From Clostridia bacterium (GTDB taxonomy: Bacteria > Bacillota > Clostridia > Saccharofermentanales > UBA5734), in NCBI GenBank assembly GCA_040772725.1, contig JAXGXR010000002.1, forward strand, positions 411,570-475,569: DNA of 64,000 nucleotides. Reading direction: 5' to 3'. Positions 61,606 through 64,000 of the stretch are shown piece after piece; positions within the stretch are counted from its first letter, which is position 1, and the number at the start of each line of letters is the position of its first letter. The position numbers were made by a program, and so were the translations under genes. The notes beneath the pieces were generated by a model. That model was not told where the DNA came from, did no database searches, and saw only the letters and a list, made by a program, of their open reading frames with translations.

Positions 61606-62964
61606 TCATTCGGCCATCAAGGTCACGAAATCCTCCAGGTTTTCGCAAAGTGCCTTCAGAAAACGGGCGGCGGGCGCGCCATCGACTGCGCGATGGTCAA
61701 AGGTCAGCGACAGGCTGATCGCCGGGTAATGGACAAACTGGCCATTCTCCGGTCGGGCCTTGTAATCGATGCAGCCGATGCCGAGGATCGCTGTCTGGGG
61801 TGGCGCGATGACCGGGGTGAACGACTCGACGCGCAGGGCGCCCAGATTGGTCGTTGTAAAGGTCGCGCCAGCCAGCATCTGCGGGGTGGCTTTTCCGTCC
61901 TGGCAGGCTTTGGCGAGTTCTTTGGCGGTCTGTGAAATCTGACGCAGGCTCATCCGGTTGGCGTAGGACACCGTTGGCACCATCAGGCCGGCTTTCGTGT
62001 CGACCGCGACACCAATATGGGCGTTGTGGAACAGGGTGGTGGTTTCATCGCTGAAATGGGCGTTGAGGGTGGGGAAGTCGAGGATCGTCCGGGACACAGC
62101 GAAGACGATCATGTCGTTGATCGAGATGCCGGGTTTTCCGGCCGCTTCTGACCGGGCCTTCAGCTGGTCCTTGATTGAAATCAGGGCGGTCGCGTCAAAA
62201 CTGGCATTGATCGTCAGCTGCGCCATGGATTGCAGGGACTGATGCATGTTGCGCGCGATCACCTTGCGAATGGTCGAATTCTTGACGACGGTAAAGTCGT
62301 CCGCCCCGGCAGATCCTTCCTGACCGGCCGCTGCGCCTGAGTAGACAGCCGGAAGGGACGCGGCAGGACTTTTCATGATCGAGGAGGTCTGATCCGATAC
62401 CACGAGCGGCCCGCCGGCTGCGACGCGCAGGACATCTGATTTGATGATCCGGCCGTGTGGACCGGTCGCCGGAACGGACGCCAGGTCGATGCCTTGCTCC
62501 CGGGCCAGAGACTTGGCCTTCGGTGAGGCGAACAGACGACCGCCTTCAGTTGGGGGCGGCAGATGAATGACCGGTTCAGCGGGCGCGGTCGGGGCGGATG
62601 GTGTTGACGGTGCAGTAGCTTCAGGCGGGGCTGCAGGCGTCGACGGAGCGGATGGTGCGGCCGGTTCTGAGGGTTTTTCCACAGGCGCCGGTTCAGCGGC
62701 CCGCCCCGGGATCGAGTAGGCTTCGCCGGGTTGGCCGATCACACAGACCACGCTTTTGACCAGGATTTCATCGCCTTCGTTGCCGATCGTTTCCAGGATT
62801 GTGCCGGCGGCCTCGCTTTCGATGCTGAAGGTCGCTTTACCGGTTTCGATATCGAACAGGTAGTCGCCTTCCTTGACGACATCCCCCTTTTTCACATGCC
62901 AGTAGGACAGGATCGCGCTTTCTTCAGTCAGGCCCTTCTGGGGCATCAGGATCAGTTCAGCCAT
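61606..62964 (-). CDS. 2-oxoacid dehydrogenase E2 (dihydrolipoamide acyltransferase)
   Basis: Lipoyl domain (IETGKATFSIES), a Pro/Ala linker, a subunit-binding domain (ASPKAKSLAREQGIDL) and a catalytic DHRAVDGA motif. Confidence 0.92.
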   Translation of the reverse strand: MAELILMPQKGLTEESAILSYWHVKKGDVVKEGDYLFDIETGKATFSIESEAAGTILETIGNEGDEILVKSVVCVIGQPGEAYSIPGRAAEPAPVEKPSEPAAPSAPSTPAAPPEATAPSTPSAPTAPAEPVIHLPPPTEGGRLFASPKAKSLAREQGIDLASVPATGPHGRIIKSDVLRVAAGGPLVVSDQTSSIMKSPAASLPAVYSGAAAGQEGSAGADDFTVVKNSTIRKVIARNMHQSLQSMAQLTINASFDATALISIKDQLKARSEAAGKPGISINDMIVFAVSRTILDFPTLNAHFSDETTTLFHNAHIGVAVDTKAGLMVPTVSYANRMSLRQISQTAKELAKACQDGKATPQMLAGATFTTTNLGALRVESFTPVIAPPQTAILGIGCIDYKARPENGQFVHYPAISLSLTFDHRAVDGAPAARFLKALCENLEDFVTLMAE

Positions 62965-62990
62965 GGTTCACCTCATGTAAAGATGGATGC

Positions 62991-63731
62991 TCAGCGGATG
63001 TAAAGACCGCCGTTGACATCGATGACCGCGCCGGTGATGTAATCCGACAGGTCGGACGCGAGGAAATAGACGCTCTTGGCCACGTCGAGCGGTGTGCCCA
63101 GGCGCAGCATCGGGACGGAATTCGGATCATCCCGGCCTTTGGTCATGTCGGTTTCAATAAAGCCGGGGGCGATTGCGTTGCAGTTGATGTTGTAAGGCGC
63201 ACAGAACAGGGCGTAGGACTTGGCAAGGGCCAGGGCACCGCCCTTGGAGGCGCTGTAGCTGGGCGCGACCTTGGGACTGCCCATCTCGCCGGCCCGCGAG
63301 GCCATGAAAATGATCTTGCCGGACCCATGGCCGATCATATGCTTGAGACAAGCCTGCGTGCAAAGCTGCATGCTGCGCAGGTTGATGTCGATCAGGTTGT
63401 CCCAGGCTTCGACGGTCAGCTCGAGTGCCGGTGTCGCATCGACGATGCCGGCATTGTTGACCAGGATGTCGATTTTCCCAAACCGGTCCATGACCGACTG
63501 CACCATCTGTCCAATCGAGCCGGGATCCTTGACATTGACCTCGGCCGCGATAGCCGACAGGCCCGCGCGGCACAGCCGATCACATGATTCCTGTGCCAGT
63601 TCGTATCGGATGTCGGCCAGGACGACGGTGGCCCCATGCTCGGCCAGCAGGCGGGCTGACTCGTAGCCGATGCCGCGCGCGCCACCGGTGACGATCGCGA
63701 TCTTGCCATTCAGATCTTCAAATTTCGTCAT
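62991..63731 (-). CDS. SDR-family oxidoreductase (acetoin reductase / 3-oxoacyl reductase-like)
   Basis: TGGARGIG, NNAG and YSASKGG motifs. GGAGGA RBS before ATG 63731; the long N-extension in the ORF track is unsupported. Confidence 0.88.
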   Translation of the reverse strand: MTKFEDLNGKIAIVTGGARGIGYESARLLAEHGATVVLADIRYELAQESCDRLCRAGLSAIAAEVNVKDPGSIGQMVQSVMDRFGKIDILVNNAGIVDATPALELTVEAWDNLIDINLRSMQLCTQACLKHMIGHGSGKIIFMASRAGEMGSPKVAPSYSASKGGALALAKSYALFCAPYNINCNAIAPGFIETDMTKGRDDPNSVPMLRLGTPLDVAKSVYFLASDLSDYITGAVIDVNGGLYIR

Positions 63732-63759
63732 GTGCATATCCTCCATGCGGAATCGCGGA

Positions 63760-64000
63760 TCAAATGCCGAGCTTTTCGCGGCGCAGCTTCTCCTCTTCCG
63801 ACATGTCGGTCGACGCGACATGGCCGGGGAGTTTTTCGATCCGGGCATCGATGGCGTCGAGGATCCAATCCTTCTGCGGGAAGAAGAATTTTTCCAGTTC
63901 GGGGCAGGGGGACACCCAGTTCTGGGAGCCCAGGGCAACCGGCGGGGCATCGAGGTGGTCAAAAGCGAACTCGGAGATGTTGCTGGAGAGGGTCTTGGTG
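63760..64000 (-). CDS. 2-oxoacid dehydrogenase E1 beta subunit, C-terminal part (5-prime end lies outside the window)
   Basis: Manual translation of the minus strand gives ...FAFDHLDAPPVALGSQNWVSPCPELEKFFFPQKDWILDAIDARIEKL...EKLRREKLGI-stop. This is typical of the transketolase-C domain of E1-beta. It is absent from the ORF track because no start lies in the window. Confidence 0.7.
   Translation of the reverse strand, partial: TKTLSSNISEFAFDHLDAPPVALGSQNWVSPCPELEKFFFPQKDWILDAIDARIEKLPGHVASTDMSEEEKLRREKLGI

Overview
This is a 64-kb chromosomal window from a GC-rich, Gram-positive-type anaerobe, judged from strong GGAGG ribosome-binding sites, an Rnf complex and GC3-rich codons. I call about 64 protein genes and one tRNA-Ser(GGA). 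I saw no rRNA, CRISPR array, transposase, integrase or phage genes.

Gene order, left to right:
- acpS 3-prime end, an inactive-looking SH3b/NlpC-P60 protein and rpmB.
- rnfCDGEAB on the minus strand.
- A CzrA-like ArsR repressor with a Cd/Zn-type P1B ATPase, then trxB.
- A frdX-like ferredoxin gene divergent from a Crp/Fnr regulator.
- M29 aminopeptidase, serS, Nudix, yigZ, yebC.
- A P-loop/Asp23 fusion, bioY and a DsrE-like gene, apparently translationally coupled.
- A Gfo/Idh/MocA oxidoreductase, then tRNA-Ser followed by tandem degenerate copies of its own 3-prime end plus terminator.
- An esterase, azlCD, and a thioredoxin-reductase-like gene paired with a glutaredoxin-like disulfide oxidoreductase.
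- A MacB-type ABC transporter with a very long coiled-coil ectodomain, then tetR, panE and a lone carB with ARG-box-like sites.
- A second azlCD, a DUF4153-like/HTH/DUF2975 module, and an ECF sigma/anti-sigma pair.
- nfo and the carboxynorspermidine dehydrogenase/decarboxylase pair.
- An ndh2 / polyprenyl synthase / UbiA prenyltransferase trio that resembles the quinone module of the Listeria extracellular-electron-transfer locus.
- A sharply AT-rich island of about 10 kb (48.77 to about 58.5-59.4 kb): oxidoreductase, MFS, LacI, TctCBA transporter, two paralogous uncharacterised ~290-aa proteins flanking a beta-hydroxyacid dehydrogenase, and an RraA-like aldolase.
- Finally lpd-gntR-E2-SDR-E1beta of a 2-oxoacid (acetoin-type) dehydrogenase.

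Most noteworthy:
- The AT-rich catabolic island and its paralog pair of unknown function.
- A three-member family of 15-1-15 palindromic elements, one of which sits in frame inside a membrane-protein gene.
- The EET-like ndh2 module.
- The tRNA-Ser tail repeats.
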